Position numbers and translations under genes: made by a program. From the NCBI GenBank assembly GCA_030697705.1, contig JAUYPE010000006.1, positions 4,686 to 68,685 on the forward strand: DNA of 64,000 nucleotides, read 5' to 3'. Under the pieces are notes generated by a model. That model did not search any database. It saw only the letters and a program-made list of their open reading frames with translations, and was not told the origin of the DNA. Positions 1 through 10,187 of the stretch are shown here, piece by piece. The stretch comes from a bacterium (lineage in GTDB: Bacteria > Patescibacteriota > Minisyncoccia > Sungbacterales > HO2-52-23). Each line of letters opens with the position of its first letter. Within the stretch, counting starts at the first letter, position 1.

Positions 1-62
1 TTATATGATCATTGAAAGGGTTTTATATTTGCTTTGAGGTTCCAATTTGGCACCTCAAAAAT

Positions 63-86
63 AAAAAACCTTCCCAAGTGGGAAGG
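63..86 (-). terminator. probable intrinsic terminator
   Basis: CCTTCCC-aagt-GGGAAGG hairpin with an A-run on its left (U-tract on the minus strand). Confidence 0.5.
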
Positions 87-112
87 CGTGCTGATGCTTT
101 ATGAGTTGTTTT

Positions 113-493
113 TTAATTTTTCTCCGTAGCGGGCGCTTCTTCCAAAGTCGTATCGTCTTCCACTTCTTGGACGGGTTCCGAGTTATTATCCTCCGGGGAA
201 TCAAGACTTTCGTGAAGGCTTACTGTATCATCGCTTTGCACCGGCACTGTCTCATTGTTTATTCCGGTATCTTTCTCACTACCCGAAGAAAGACAGAATT
301 TATTGGTACTTGTAGCAATATAACTCCTGCACTCTTTGTCCGGTGTTGGGCAATCTCTACAGAATATTATTTGCGTCTCCACGCTTGGGAAAGACAGATT
401 TATCCTGTCGGGAGCATTTCCGTACGAAAGAGAGATGGTACCCGAAAAAACTACCACACCTAAAAACACTCGTTTAAGGAACATATCCGCCAC
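113..493 (-). CDS. hypothetical exported protein with acidic C-terminal tail
   Basis: 126-aa ORF; N-terminal signal-like hydrophobic stretch; followed by a hairpin and U-tract at ~63-86. Confidence 0.5.
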   Translation of the reverse strand: MADMFLKRVFLGVVVFSGTISLSYGNAPDRINLSFPSVETQIIFCRDCPTPDKECRSYIATSTNKFCLSSGSEKDTGINNETVPVQSDDTVSLHESLDSPEDNNSEPVQEVEDDTTLEEAPATEKN

Positions 494-556
494 CTCGTGT
501 TAAGTGTAAATAACTGAAGACCTAAAAGTAATGATAGCAAATATTGAGCCGGAACG

Positions 557-1207
557 CTACTTCTCAAATGTGATGGAGGAAACAATTTGACGCAGTATCT
601 CGACTTGTTTTTCATTGACGGACTTATCGGGAGAAACGGGCGTCATTTCAAAAACTATGCCGGGAAAAGGTGAGTTTGGGATATTCACAAAAGCGGCAAC
701 GCTTTCGCGGGAAAGTACTTGTTCTATCTCCATGTTTCGTATAACAATGGCTTGATCTTTTCCGCTATTCACTGGCCAAAGTTCACCGGGTGTGACTTCT
801 TGATTTCCCCAAATAAATTTTATGGCATATTTTTCTCCCTGTTTTTCATATCCATGTGTATCGGTGATACTTCCGCCCCTTGATGCACTATAGTCTTTTG
901 TAGTACCACCGAAAGAAATCAATTGGTTTGGAGCAAATTCCAATACGCCGGTAAATCTACGCCCCGTTTCGCCACTATGCACTCCCATATCTACCCTCCT
1001 AAAAATGTCTGGATATCGGAAAGAAATGCCAATCTCTTTATTTTGGTATAGTTTCAATTCTCCTGTTTTGTCGTCGATAATTTGCTTGTCTTGTGGTTGT
1101 GGCACAACGTTGTTCGGACCGGCAAGTTTGTCGCTTTTAGACAGGCTCCATACCACTAAGCCACCAATGATGGTGAGTAATACAATAACCAATATCTTAT
1201 TTTTCAT
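557..1207 (-). CDS. membrane-anchored surface protein (WKTY/N..GF.F.YP-type motif, PsbP-like)
   Basis: N-terminal TM helix; LKLYQNKEIGISFRYP motif; C-terminal ILRQIVSSITF like the C-terminus of 55948..57120. Confidence 0.7.
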   Translation of the reverse strand: MKNKILVIVLLTIIGGLVVWSLSKSDKLAGPNNVVPQPQDKQIIDDKTGELKLYQNKEIGISFRYPDIFRRVDMGVHSGETGRRFTGVLEFAPNQLISFGGTTKDYSASRGGSITDTHGYEKQGEKYAIKFIWGNQEVTPGELWPVNSGKDQAIVIRNMEIEQVLSRESVAAFVNIPNSPFPGIVFEMTPVSPDKSVNEKQVEILRQIVSSITFEK

Positions 1208-1295
1208 AGTAACGCCATTATACCGACAAATCTCAAAAACACAAGAAAAAGGGAAGGTGCGAACACCCTCCCCGGCTCTCTTCTTTCTGCCACAT

Positions 1296-2435
1296 CTACG
1301 GCAGGAAATACATCTGTGAAATAAAGTACTCTTCCGGGCCTGGACTTGCCATGCATCCTTGCGACGGCTTGACGATTAGATCGGTAACGATGCCGTTCCA
1401 ATAGGGCAATCCTAACATGCCAAGAACATATGTCCGCGCGGAATCGTAATTGAACGACCCGGCATGCCATACATCATCAGGTCCGCGGTAGTAGATCACT
1501 ACCGGATTGGCAATACATTTGAAGTTGAGCCGCAATACTAGACGCTTAAAGACGCTTGCGTCCAGCGTGATCTCACGGCTGCATGGCTTTCCATCGCTAT
1601 AGCCGCAGGTCGCTTCCGTAAAGAAACTGCTTCTCCCGACATACGCATAGACTGAACTGCCGTCTACCCACAAGTCGCTATTGGCGGTGCCGAATGCGGT
1701 TACATTTGCCGCACCCCAGAGTTCCTTGTTGCCGTTTTCAGCAAACGTGAAATTGTACGCATAGCCGAGAACAAACGGAAGCGGATTGTGTATCTTTGCC
1801 GTAACCTCAAAATCGGTATCAGCGGTATCAACTCTTCCCGTTGGGAACCACGGATATGGTCCACCATGCTGACGATCCACTTGGAAGTGCAGGTGTGATC
1901 CCGTACTAACTCCATGACACGCATCAGAAGTCGCGTCCCCAGACTCACCGAGAGTTTGACCTTGAGTGATTGTCGCTCCCTGAGTTACAGAAACAGCACG
2001 AAGATGGACATAACTGACATAAGCTTTCTCGCCTGCTTTGTACGGGTTGTTGACTTCTAAAACTACGAGTCCGCCCCATGATGAACTACTGCATTGATCA
2101 TTACCAATTACACGAACAGCAGTTCCCGACATGGCTGCAACGACTGGCGTGCCGCTTTCAACATCAATATCTACACCGGGATGCTTTCCGCATCGCTCTC
2201 CGGCACAGCCAGCTACACGGTTGTAATTGTCGCGATATAACGCCGTGAACATCTGACGTCCCACTGTGCTATCGCAATTTATGGAATGGCTATCACAGTT
2301 GCCACCAGTGCTGGGCGTGCCGTAGTAAGTACCATTGTAATCTGGCATCCCTACTATCGGATTTGTGCCTGCATACGCAGAACCAACAAAACTACCGACC
2401 AAAACGGCAACAAGAAAAAAAGCTTTTACATTCAC
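1296..2435 (-). CDS. secreted M23 family metallopeptidase with extra C-terminal domain
   Basis: signal peptide; HPGVDI (HxxxD), YVHL and STGSHLHF (HxH) motifs; many Cys. Confidence 0.85.
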   Translation of the reverse strand: MNVKAFFLVAVLVGSFVGSAYAGTNPIVGMPDYNGTYYGTPSTGGNCDSHSINCDSTVGRQMFTALYRDNYNRVAGCAGERCGKHPGVDIDVESGTPVVAAMSGTAVRVIGNDQCSSSSWGGLVVLEVNNPYKAGEKAYVSYVHLRAVSVTQGATITQGQTLGESGDATSDACHGVSTGSHLHFQVDRQHGGPYPWFPTGRVDTADTDFEVTAKIHNPLPFVLGYAYNFTFAENGNKELWGAANVTAFGTANSDLWVDGSSVYAYVGRSSFFTEATCGYSDGKPCSREITLDASVFKRLVLRLNFKCIANPVVIYYRGPDDVWHAGSFNYDSARTYVLGMLGLPYWNGIVTDLIVKPSQGCMASPGPEEYFISQMYFLP

Positions 2436-2586
2436 TCTCTATCTCCCTTATTTGAGGGTGTCAAAGGACGATGTAGGGCAAAACCATTTGCCCCTATTTC
2501 TTGAAATAATAGCGGATCATTGGTTTTTTATCAATATATTTTTCTTTTTTCTTGATTTTTAGCCAAAAAACAGTACGATAGAGCGT

Positions 2587-5500
2587 ATGACCGATAAGGA
2601 GAAAAAAGCGACGATTCCGGAGCGGGAGGAGGCCATTTTGAAGTTCTGGGAGGAGCGGGAGATCTTCCGGAAGTCGGTGGAAAAGAACAAGAAAGGAAAA
2701 GAATTTGTTTTTTACGAAGGGCCGCCAACGGCAAACGGTCTGCCCGGCATCCATCATGTGGAGGCGCGGGCGTTTAAGGATATTATTCCGCGTTATAAAA
2801 CGATGCGGGGATTTTTCGTCCCGCGCCGTGCCGGATGGGATACGCACGGCCTGCCGGTTGAGCTACAGGTGGAAAAAGAGCTTGGCTTAAAAAATAAGCA
2901 GGATATTGAAAAATACGGTATTGGTGCGTTTAACGCCAAGGCGAAAGAATCCGTCTGGCGCTATAAAGAGGAGTGGGAAAAACTGACGAAGCGGATGGGA
3001 TTCTGGATTGATATGGACAATCCCTACATCACGTACAGCGCTCCCTATATGGAGAGTTCGTGGTGGATTATCCAGCAATTCTGGAAAAAGGGTTTACTGG
3101 AGGAGGACTTTAAGGTCGTTCCATGGTGCACGCGATGCGCTACCGGCTTGTCATCTCATGAATTGGCGCAGGGGTATAAAAAAACGACTGACACGGCCGT
3201 GTATGTGAAGTTTAAACTGGAACCCAATCAAAAGATCGGTGATTTTATGACGGATGACAAGACCTATATTCTGGCGTGGACGACAACGCCATGGACATTG
3301 CCGGGGAATGTGGGGTTAGCGGTGAATCCGAAGCTTGAGTATGTAAAGATAAAATGGGCGAGATCCTTCTATAAGACCCAAGAAGGACAGGAATTGCCGA
3401 TGCATCTAGACGAATATTATGTCATCGCAAAAGATATCTTTCTAAAAGTTGCAGAAAAACATCCAGGCGAAACAAATCGCTATGGCTGGCGGGGTCAGAC
3501 ATATGATATTATTGAAACTTTTACTGGGGAAAAGATTGTAGGGCAAAGATACAAGTCACTCTTCCATGTTAGCGAACTCAAAACAGAAACGGCATACAGG
3601 ATATATTCAGCTGATTTTGTTTCAGCGAGTGAGGGTACCGGTGTGGTGCATACTGCGGTGATGTACGGAGAGGATGACTATGTGTTGGGAAAAAAAGTGG
3701 GATTGCCAACATTTCATACTGTTGACGAGGCGGGAAGATTTGTTGGTTCACTTACAGACGGACTTGCGGGATTGTATGTAAAAGATTCCAGAACGGAAGA
3801 AAAAATTCTTGAAATTTTAAAAAGTAAAAACCTTCTCTTTGCGCAGGAAAAGTACGAGCACGACTATCCGTTCTGCTGGAGGTGCGGGACGCCATTGCTC
3901 TACTACGCGCGGAAGGGATGGTGGGTGAAGACGACGAAGGTGAAGAAAGAACTTATCGCGAATAACGAAACAATCAACTGGGTGCCGGAGCATATTAAGC
4001 ACGGGCGGTTTGGCGAATTTTTGCGTGAGGTGAGGGATTGGGCATTTTCGCGCGAGCGGTATTGGGGAACACCCTTGCCTATTTGGAAGTGCCAAAGTGA
4101 AAAATGCGATCATGTTGAGGTTATAGGTTCGCGCACTGAAATGGCCGAACACGGGAAAAAACTTTATAACGAATATTTCGTCATGCGCCATGGCGAGGCG
4201 ATGACGAATAGCAGAGGGATTATCTCATCGGAGGAGAATAAATACCCGCTCACCGCGAAAGGTCGCGCGCAAGTACAACGCGCGGCGGCACGGCTGAAAA
4301 AACAAGGCATTGATATTGTTATCGCCTCGCCGATTTTGCGTACGCGCGAGAGTGCGAAGATAATCGCAAAGATATTGGCTCTACCCGATGAGAATGTGCA
4401 TTTTGATGCGCGATTAAAGGAGATTGCGCTAGGGTCGTATGAAGGCAAAAAGGAGGGAGAGTATCATCGCGCGTTTAAAAATATACGGGAAAAACTTACC
4501 ACCGCGCTCCCAGGCGGCGAATCGCTTGACGAGGTGCGCCGGAGAATGATGGCGGCGCTTATTGATGCGGAGAAAAAGCATGGGGGTAAAAAAATCCTTT
4601 TCGTGAGCCACGACTATCCGTTGTGGATGCTCATGCGCGGAGCGGAGGGGTACTCGGGCGAGGAGGCGATTGCTCTTCGCGAAAATAACGGAAAAGAAAT
4701 GATGCATTGCGGCTATGCCGAGGTCTACGGGCTCACGCATGCCGACCTGCCGCGTGACGAAAAAGGCGAGGTGAATCTTCACCGACCGTATGTTGATGAT
4801 TTTGTTTTTCCGTGCGTAACATGCGGTGGCATGATGCGGCGTACGCCCGAAGTTGCCGATGGGTGGTTTGACTCGGGTGTTATGCCGTTTGCGCAGAGCC
4901 ACTATCCGTTTAGCTCTGTCCGTCATCCTGAACCCTTCGGACACCCTCAGGATAAACTCCGTGAAGGATCCCGTAAGTTAACGGAATTCCTCGCCCCGAC
5001 GATCGGGACTCGGAATGACGAGGGTGGAGGTTTGGCTTTCCCCGCCGACTATATTTGTGAGGGAGTTGACCAGACGCGCGGATGGTTCTATACGCTTCTT
5101 GCTGTCGCAACACTCCTTGGAAAAAAAGCACCATACAAAAATGTCATTTCGCTCGGGCATGTGCTGGATAAAAACGGACAGAAGATGTCCAAGTCAAAAG
5201 GCAACACGGTAAACGCGTTGGAGATTATTGAGAAGTACGGCATTGATGCCCTGCGCTGGTATTTCTACACGATCAATCCGCCCGGCGAGCCCAAAAAGTT
5301 TGACGAACGGGATGTGGCGAATAGATATCGTGGATTCATTCAGACGCTCTGGAACAGTTTTGTTTTGTTTGACACCTATGTCACTTCGGTTCCCGCAAGA
5401 ATTCCATCAACCATAAAACTTTCTATGCTTGATCGCTGGATTCTGGCGCGGATGGATGAGGTGACAGCGGAGGTGACGCGTGCGCTGGATAGATACGATA

Positions 5501-6282
5501 TTATGGCTGCGGGGCGGGCGCTGGAGGAGTTTTGTATCAACGACTTCTCGCAGTGGTTCTTGCGCCGCTCGCGCCGTCGGTTCCAGCATCCGGCGAGTAA
5601 AAATGAGTATGCTGGCGTTACCGTGGTTACAGGCGCCGTGCTGATGCGCTTAGCTTTTTTAACAGCACCGTTCACGCCGTTTTTGAGCGAGATGATTTTT
5701 CAGGAGTTAAAGAAAAAAATGAAACTTAAAGAGGAAAGCGTGCATCTGGCGGCGTGGCCCGCAGCGCCGAAGAAAATAAGTGCGGCGGACAAAAAACTGA
5801 TATTAGATATGCAGGTAGTTCGTGCGATCTGCTCTGAGGCTCTAAAATTGCGTGCTGAGGTGGGGATGAAGGTGCGCCAACCGTTGAGCAAATTACAAAT
5901 TACGAATGCTGAATTACAAAAAAAGACGGAGCTTCTGGCATTAATTCAAGATGAGGTAAACATAAAAAATATTTCATTTGGGAAAGAAATGTTTCTTGAT
6001 ACGGTACTGACGGTAGAACTTCGTGAAGAGGGGATGGTGCGCGAAGTCATCCGCAATATCCAAGAGATGCGGCGCGATCTGGGACTCACGCCGAGCCACA
6101 AAATCCGCGCGCAATTTTCCGCTACATCAAATGCGCTGGATGAAGTGCTTGGCCGATGGCAAAAAACAATCATGCGCGATGCGGGCGTAAAGGCGTTTAT
6201 TATTGCAGGCAAACGGGTGTTTGCTGCCGAGCGGGAATTAAAATTTGACGATGCGATGCTGTGGTTAGGGATTAAGAAGTAA
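2587..6282 (+). CDS. ileS: isoleucine--tRNA ligase (type 2) with inserted histidine-phosphatase domain and in-frame palindromic insert
   Basis: FYEGPPTANG, GWDTHGLP, WTTTPWTLP, SRERYWGTP, DQTRGWFY, KMSKS. Confidence 0.97.
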   Translation: MTDKEKKATIPEREEAILKFWEEREIFRKSVEKNKKGKEFVFYEGPPTANGLPGIHHVEARAFKDIIPRYKTMRGFFVPRRAGWDTHGLPVELQVEKELGLKNKQDIEKYGIGAFNAKAKESVWRYKEEWEKLTKRMGFWIDMDNPYITYSAPYMESSWWIIQQFWKKGLLEEDFKVVPWCTRCATGLSSHELAQGYKKTTDTAVYVKFKLEPNQKIGDFMTDDKTYILAWTTTPWTLPGNVGLAVNPKLEYVKIKWARSFYKTQEGQELPMHLDEYYVIAKDIFLKVAEKHPGETNRYGWRGQTYDIIETFTGEKIVGQRYKSLFHVSELKTETAYRIYSADFVSASEGTGVVHTAVMYGEDDYVLGKKVGLPTFHTVDEAGRFVGSLTDGLAGLYVKDSRTEEKILEILKSKNLLFAQEKYEHDYPFCWRCGTPLLYYARKGWWVKTTKVKKELIANNETINWVPEHIKHGRFGEFLREVRDWAFSRERYWGTPLPIWKCQSEKCDHVEVIGSRTEMAEHGKKLYNEYFVMRHGEAMTNSRGIISSEENKYPLTAKGRAQVQRAAARLKKQGIDIVIASPILRTRESAKIIAKILALPDENVHFDARLKEIALGSYEGKKEGEYHRAFKNIREKLTTALPGGESLDEVRRRMMAALIDAEKKHGGKKILFVSHDYPLWMLMRGAEGYSGEEAIALRENNGKEMMHCGYAEVYGLTHADLPRDEKGEVNLHRPYVDDFVFPCVTCGGMMRRTPEVADGWFDSGVMPFAQSHYPFSSVRHPEPFGHPQDKLREGSRKLTEFLAPTIGTRNDEGGGLAFPADYICEGVDQTRGWFYTLLAVATLLGKKAPYKNVISLGHVLDKNGQKMSKSKGNTVNALEIIEKYGIDALRWYFYTINPPGEPKKFDERDVANRYRGFIQTLWNSFVLFDTYVTSVPARIPSTIKLSMLDRWILARMDEVTAEVTRALDRYDIMAAGRALEEFCINDFSQWFLRRSRRRFQHPASKNEYAGVTVVTGAVLMRLAFLTAPFTPFLSEMIFQELKKKMKLKEESVHLAAWPAAPKKISAADKKLILDMQVVRAICSEALKLRAEVGMKVRQPLSKLQITNAELQKKTELLALIQDEVNIKNISFGKEMFLDTVLTVELREEGMVREVIRNIQEMRRDLGLTPSHKIRAQFSATSNALDEVLGRWQKTIMRDAGVKAFIIAGKRVFAAERELKFDDAMLWLGIKK
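4921..5020 (+). repeat. CGTC-type palindromic element copy 1 (in frame in ileS)
   Basis: CGTCATCCTGAA...GAAGGATCCCGT...ACGGAATTCCTCG...CTCGGAATGACG. Confidence 0.9.
5891..5918 (+). repeat. tandem heptamer tract (AATtaca/AATgctg) inside ileS
   Basis: aattaca aattacg aatgctg aattaca. Confidence 0.6.
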
Positions 6283-6288
6283 GAACTC

Positions 6289-6813
6289 ATGCACACCACC
6301 GAAGGTATTATTCTGTCCAAAACGCCGAGCGGGGAGGCGGATGAGCTGGTCACGATGTACACGTGTGCGTACGGCAAGGTGCGTGCGCTCGTGCAGGGCG
6401 TAAAAAAAGAAGAGGCGAAACTGCGCGGGCATCTTGAGGTTTTGTCTCTCTGCACTATAGGTTTGGTGGCGGGTAAAAACGGCGAACGGCTCGTCTACGC
6501 GGAGCTGAAAAACTTCTGGTCGCGCATTCGTACCCATGCAGGCAAGCATTATGCGGCGCATTATATGGTACGGCGCATGGACAATGCGTGCTTTCCCGGC
6601 GAGCGCGACGAGCGGATGTGGACGCTTCTTACGGCGGCATTCATTATTCTTGAGGAGCAGGATTTTACCACACGCGAATTGCAGGATTTTTTGCTCGGTT
6701 TTGAAAAACAGCTTGTGGCGCATTTGGGCTACGGTGACGCGGGAATCGGCTCCACACTCGGTCCGCTCGTGGCGCAGGGAACATTGGCGCGGTATACTGG
6801 AAGCGGTGCTTAG
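6289..6813 (+). CDS. recO: DNA repair protein RecO (short form)
   Basis: TEGIILSKTPSGEADELVTMYT..YGKVRALVQGVKK..AKLRGHLE N-terminal OB domain. Confidence 0.88.
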   Translation: MHTTEGIILSKTPSGEADELVTMYTCAYGKVRALVQGVKKEEAKLRGHLEVLSLCTIGLVAGKNGERLVYAELKNFWSRIRTHAGKHYAAHYMVRRMDNACFPGERDERMWTLLTAAFIILEEQDFTTRELQDFLLGFEKQLVAHLGYGDAGIGSTLGPLVAQGTLARYTGSGA

Positions 6814-6835
6814 TAGGAAGAAAAGAAACCATTTC

Positions 6836-8779
6836 ATGGGTAAAATAGAGGATTTACAACAAGAGCTCTACGCCAAAGAAGGAGACGAGGTGGTTGCCAA
6901 ACGCATGCATCGCCGCGTTTTTTTCCCTGAGCGCATGCGGTCTCCCGAGGCGCATTGGTCCGAGGACGAGGATGTGCGCGCGCCGACAAAAAAAAATAAG
7001 AGTCTCGGGGCGGGTCAACTTATCCTCATCGGACTGGGAGTCTTTCTGTTGATCGGTGCCGTCGTGGCAGCCATTTTTTATTTCATACCGCGCGGTGTGG
7101 GAGTTGAAATAACCATTCGCGACAACGGGCCGGTGGAGTCGGGAGAAGTAGTGACGATCCCCATCTCCATTCGCAATACGTCAAGTGTCGCACTGGAAAA
7201 TGCCGATCTTTCGGTGGTGGTGCCGCCGAGCGCATTAGTCAAGGAAAACGGTTTGGAAATTTCCGCCCCGCCCCGCATCTTACGTCACATCGGCACGATT
7301 CGGGCGGGCGAGGAGGTCGTGGTTGATATTACCGTGCGGTTGTTCGGTGCCGAGGGCGATGAAGAGACGATTGAGGTGGATGTGCTCTATCAACCCGAGA
7401 ACTTAAAGGCACGTTTTTCGGCAAAGCAGAAAAAAAAGTTTATCATCGGGCGCGTGCCGATCGCAATCTTTCTTGAATTTCCCGATACGCTTGCCAAAGG
7501 TCAGGAGACGGAAATTATAGTGCGCTACAGCTCGCAGGCGCGGGACACCTTTCCTGCAATGGCGGTTATGGTTGATTATCCTCCGGGCTTCACATTTCTC
7601 TCCGCCGAGCCTGCGCCTCTTGTCGAGAGTCGTATTTGGGATGTCGGGCGGGTAGATCCGGGCAAGGAGGGTGTGATCAAAATTCATGGTACCGTTTCTG
7701 GCAACGACGCGGAGACGAAGGCGTTTGGAGCGCATATCGGTACCTACAATATAGTGACGAAAGAATGGAAACAATACGCGCAGGTTGCTCGCGAGGCGCA
7801 CATCGCCGTCACGCCTCTTGCGGTGCATAGTGCACTTACCCAGGTGCACGAAGGATCTATCAAGCCGGGTGATCCGCTTTCGTTTGCGGTAAGTTATCAA
7901 AATAATACGCCATTTGCCCTTAAAAATATCTCACTGCAGGTTGAGGTGAACGAGGTAGCGTCCTTGGCAACTGGCGTTACTCTTGCTGGCGGGGAACCTA
8001 GTGTTCTTATCCCGATAAGTTTGCAAATCGGCGACGGCGGCGTGGTGGACGGGACGACGCATCTTGTGCGATGGACGCCGGCAGGAACGGACGCGCTCCG
8101 CGAGTTGGCATCCGAAGCATCGGGTGTTGTCCATTTTTCTGTGAATACTCGCGCTCGTCCGGCGGTGCGGAGCGATCGGGATCAAAATATCTCCGTTCGC
8201 GTCCGGGCAAAAATTACCGCTGCCGGCGTGCCGCAAGAGCTTGCCGGAACGGATCTTGATTCTGAAGAAACGACTGATTTTAAAGTCCGCTCGCTCCTGC
8301 TTACCGCAGGACAGAGCCGTTGGGGCGCCGCGCCGTTCGTAAATACCGGACCGCTTCCGCCGCGCGTGGGGCACAAGACCACCTATGCGGTTTTGTGGGA
8401 GATACGAAATTTCACTAACGATCTTCAAGAGGTGATGGTAGAAGGTACGCTCCCGCCCAATGTGCGGTGGGAGAATACGACGGCGCCCTCAAGCGCGCGC
8501 GTCAGCTATGACGGCGCATCGGGTCTGGTGCGCTGGAGTCCGGGAATTATTCCTGCCGGTACGGGTATTCTCAATCCCGCGCTGTCCCTCGCGTTCCAAG
8601 TGTCTGTTACGCCGGCGGATATTGAAGTAGGAAGGGTCTTGGATCTGGTAAAAAATATTCGCGTGCGGGGCAAAGATGCCTTTACCGGCGATGCGGTTGA
8701 ATCAGTAATACAAACAGTTACGACGAGCGTGGTTGATGTGCAAACAACGGGAGTGCGACTAGACACGGTGGCGCCGTAG
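6836..8779 (+). CDS. membrane-anchored protein with repeated Ig-like (DUF11/CARDB-like) domains
   Basis: start MGKIEDLQ at 6836; one TM helix then beta-rich repeats (YPPGFTFLSAEP..WDVG, GPLPPRVG..TTY...W). Confidence 0.8.
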   Translation: MGKIEDLQQELYAKEGDEVVAKRMHRRVFFPERMRSPEAHWSEDEDVRAPTKKNKSLGAGQLILIGLGVFLLIGAVVAAIFYFIPRGVGVEITIRDNGPVESGEVVTIPISIRNTSSVALENADLSVVVPPSALVKENGLEISAPPRILRHIGTIRAGEEVVVDITVRLFGAEGDEETIEVDVLYQPENLKARFSAKQKKKFIIGRVPIAIFLEFPDTLAKGQETEIIVRYSSQARDTFPAMAVMVDYPPGFTFLSAEPAPLVESRIWDVGRVDPGKEGVIKIHGTVSGNDAETKAFGAHIGTYNIVTKEWKQYAQVAREAHIAVTPLAVHSALTQVHEGSIKPGDPLSFAVSYQNNTPFALKNISLQVEVNEVASLATGVTLAGGEPSVLIPISLQIGDGGVVDGTTHLVRWTPAGTDALRELASEASGVVHFSVNTRARPAVRSDRDQNISVRVRAKITAAGVPQELAGTDLDSEETTDFKVRSLLLTAGQSRWGAAPFVNTGPLPPRVGHKTTYAVLWEIRNFTNDLQEVMVEGTLPPNVRWENTTAPSSARVSYDGASGLVRWSPGIIPAGTGILNPALSLAFQVSVTPADIEVGRVLDLVKNIRVRGKDAFTGDAVESVIQTVTTSVVDVQTTGVRLDTVAP

Positions 8780-8857
8780 TGTGCTTGTGGTCGGCGGGGC
8801 GCGCGTGGTAGGGTGTCCATGGCGTTATTCTTCCCTATCTTGTAAATTTTTTTGTGT

Positions 8858-10183
8858 ATGACCGATAATCGCATGGAAAAAATCGTCTCGCTCGCCAAGC
8901 GGCGCGGTTTTATCTTCCCCGGCTCCGAAATCTACGGCGGGCTTGCTGGTACGTGGGACTACGGTCCGCTCGGCGTGGAGCTGAAGAATAATCTTAAGCG
9001 CGAATTTTGGCGCACTCTTGTGTATGACCGCGAAGATACGGTGGGTCTGGACGCCGCGATTATGATGAACCCAAAAGTATGGGAAGGGTCGGGTCATACG
9101 CAAGCGTTTTCCGATCCGTTGGTGGAATGTAAAACATGTCACGAACGCTTTCGCGCCGATCATCCGGAAGAGATTGAGGAGCATGCCGCGGGTCACACAA
9201 AGAAAAAGGAGCCGGTCAGCTGGACGGAACCACGGCAATTTAATTTATTGGTTGAGGCAAAACTCGGTGCGGTTGAGGGCGAAAAAACGACCGTATATCT
9301 GCGGGGCGAAATTACGCAGGGCGTGCATGTGAACTTTAAAAATATTATTGATTCGATGCACCGTAAGTTGCCATTCGGTGTGGTGCAAGTCGGCAAGGCG
9401 TTTCGCAATGAGATTACGCCGGGGAATTTTACCTTTCGTTCCCGCGAGTTTGAGCAAATGGAATTGCAATATTATATGAAGCCGGATGAACGTAGCGCGA
9501 AAGAAGTTTTTGACTATTGGAAAAAAGAACGGATGCGATGGTATGTGTCGCTCGGTATGAATGCAGGGCACCTGCGATTTCGCGAGCATGAAGAAGATGA
9601 AAAAGCGCACTATGCGCGCGCCGCGTGGGATATTGAGTATGAAAGTCCGATCGGCTGGAAAGAGATGGAGGGGATTCATCATCGCGGCGACTGGGATCTG
9701 TCGCGGCATTCACAATTCAGCACGGTTGATCTGACCTACTTTGACGAAGAGATAAAAGAGCGCTATGCACCCTGGGTTATTGAGACATCCGGCGGAGTAG
9801 ATCGTGCCCTTCTCTTCTTTTTGCTTGACGCATACAGTGAGCAAGAGGATAAGGGAAAGATTCGGGTTGTTTTAAAACTTCATCCGAAATTAGCTCCCTG
9901 CAAAGCCGCCGTTTTTCCGCTTGTTGCCAATAAGCCGCAGTTGGTTGAAAAAGCACGTAAAATCTACAGCGATTTAAAAAAACACATGGTCGTCGCATGG
10001 GACGACCGCGGTAATATCGGCAAGCGCTATTATGCACAGGATGAAATCGGCACGCCACACTGCATCACGATTGATTATCAGACGCTTGAAGATGATACCG
10101 TCACCGTCCGTGATCGCGATACAATGAAGCAAGACCGAGTAGTCGTCGAAACATTATCGTCATATCTTGAAAGTAAAGAATAA
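8858..10183 (+). CDS. glyQS: glycine--tRNA ligase, alpha2 type
   Basis: KRRGFIFPGSEIYGG, GKAFRNEITPGNFTFRSREFEQME, IGKRY..QDEIGTP. Confidence 0.97.
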   Translation: MTDNRMEKIVSLAKRRGFIFPGSEIYGGLAGTWDYGPLGVELKNNLKREFWRTLVYDREDTVGLDAAIMMNPKVWEGSGHTQAFSDPLVECKTCHERFRADHPEEIEEHAAGHTKKKEPVSWTEPRQFNLLVEAKLGAVEGEKTTVYLRGEITQGVHVNFKNIIDSMHRKLPFGVVQVGKAFRNEITPGNFTFRSREFEQMELQYYMKPDERSAKEVFDYWKKERMRWYVSLGMNAGHLRFREHEEDEKAHYARAAWDIEYESPIGWKEMEGIHHRGDWDLSRHSQFSTVDLTYFDEEIKERYAPWVIETSGGVDRALLFFLLDAYSEQEDKGKIRVVLKLHPKLAPCKAAVFPLVANKPQLVEKARKIYSDLKKHMVVAWDDRGNIGKRYYAQDEIGTPHCITIDYQTLEDDTVTVRDRDTMKQDRVVVETLSSYLESKE

Positions 10184-10187
10184 CCGC

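Noticed and set aside
4165-4740. IleRS insertion as an intein
   Set aside because: No C/S start, HN-C/S/T end or LAGLIDADG blocks; it has histidine-phosphatase motifs instead.
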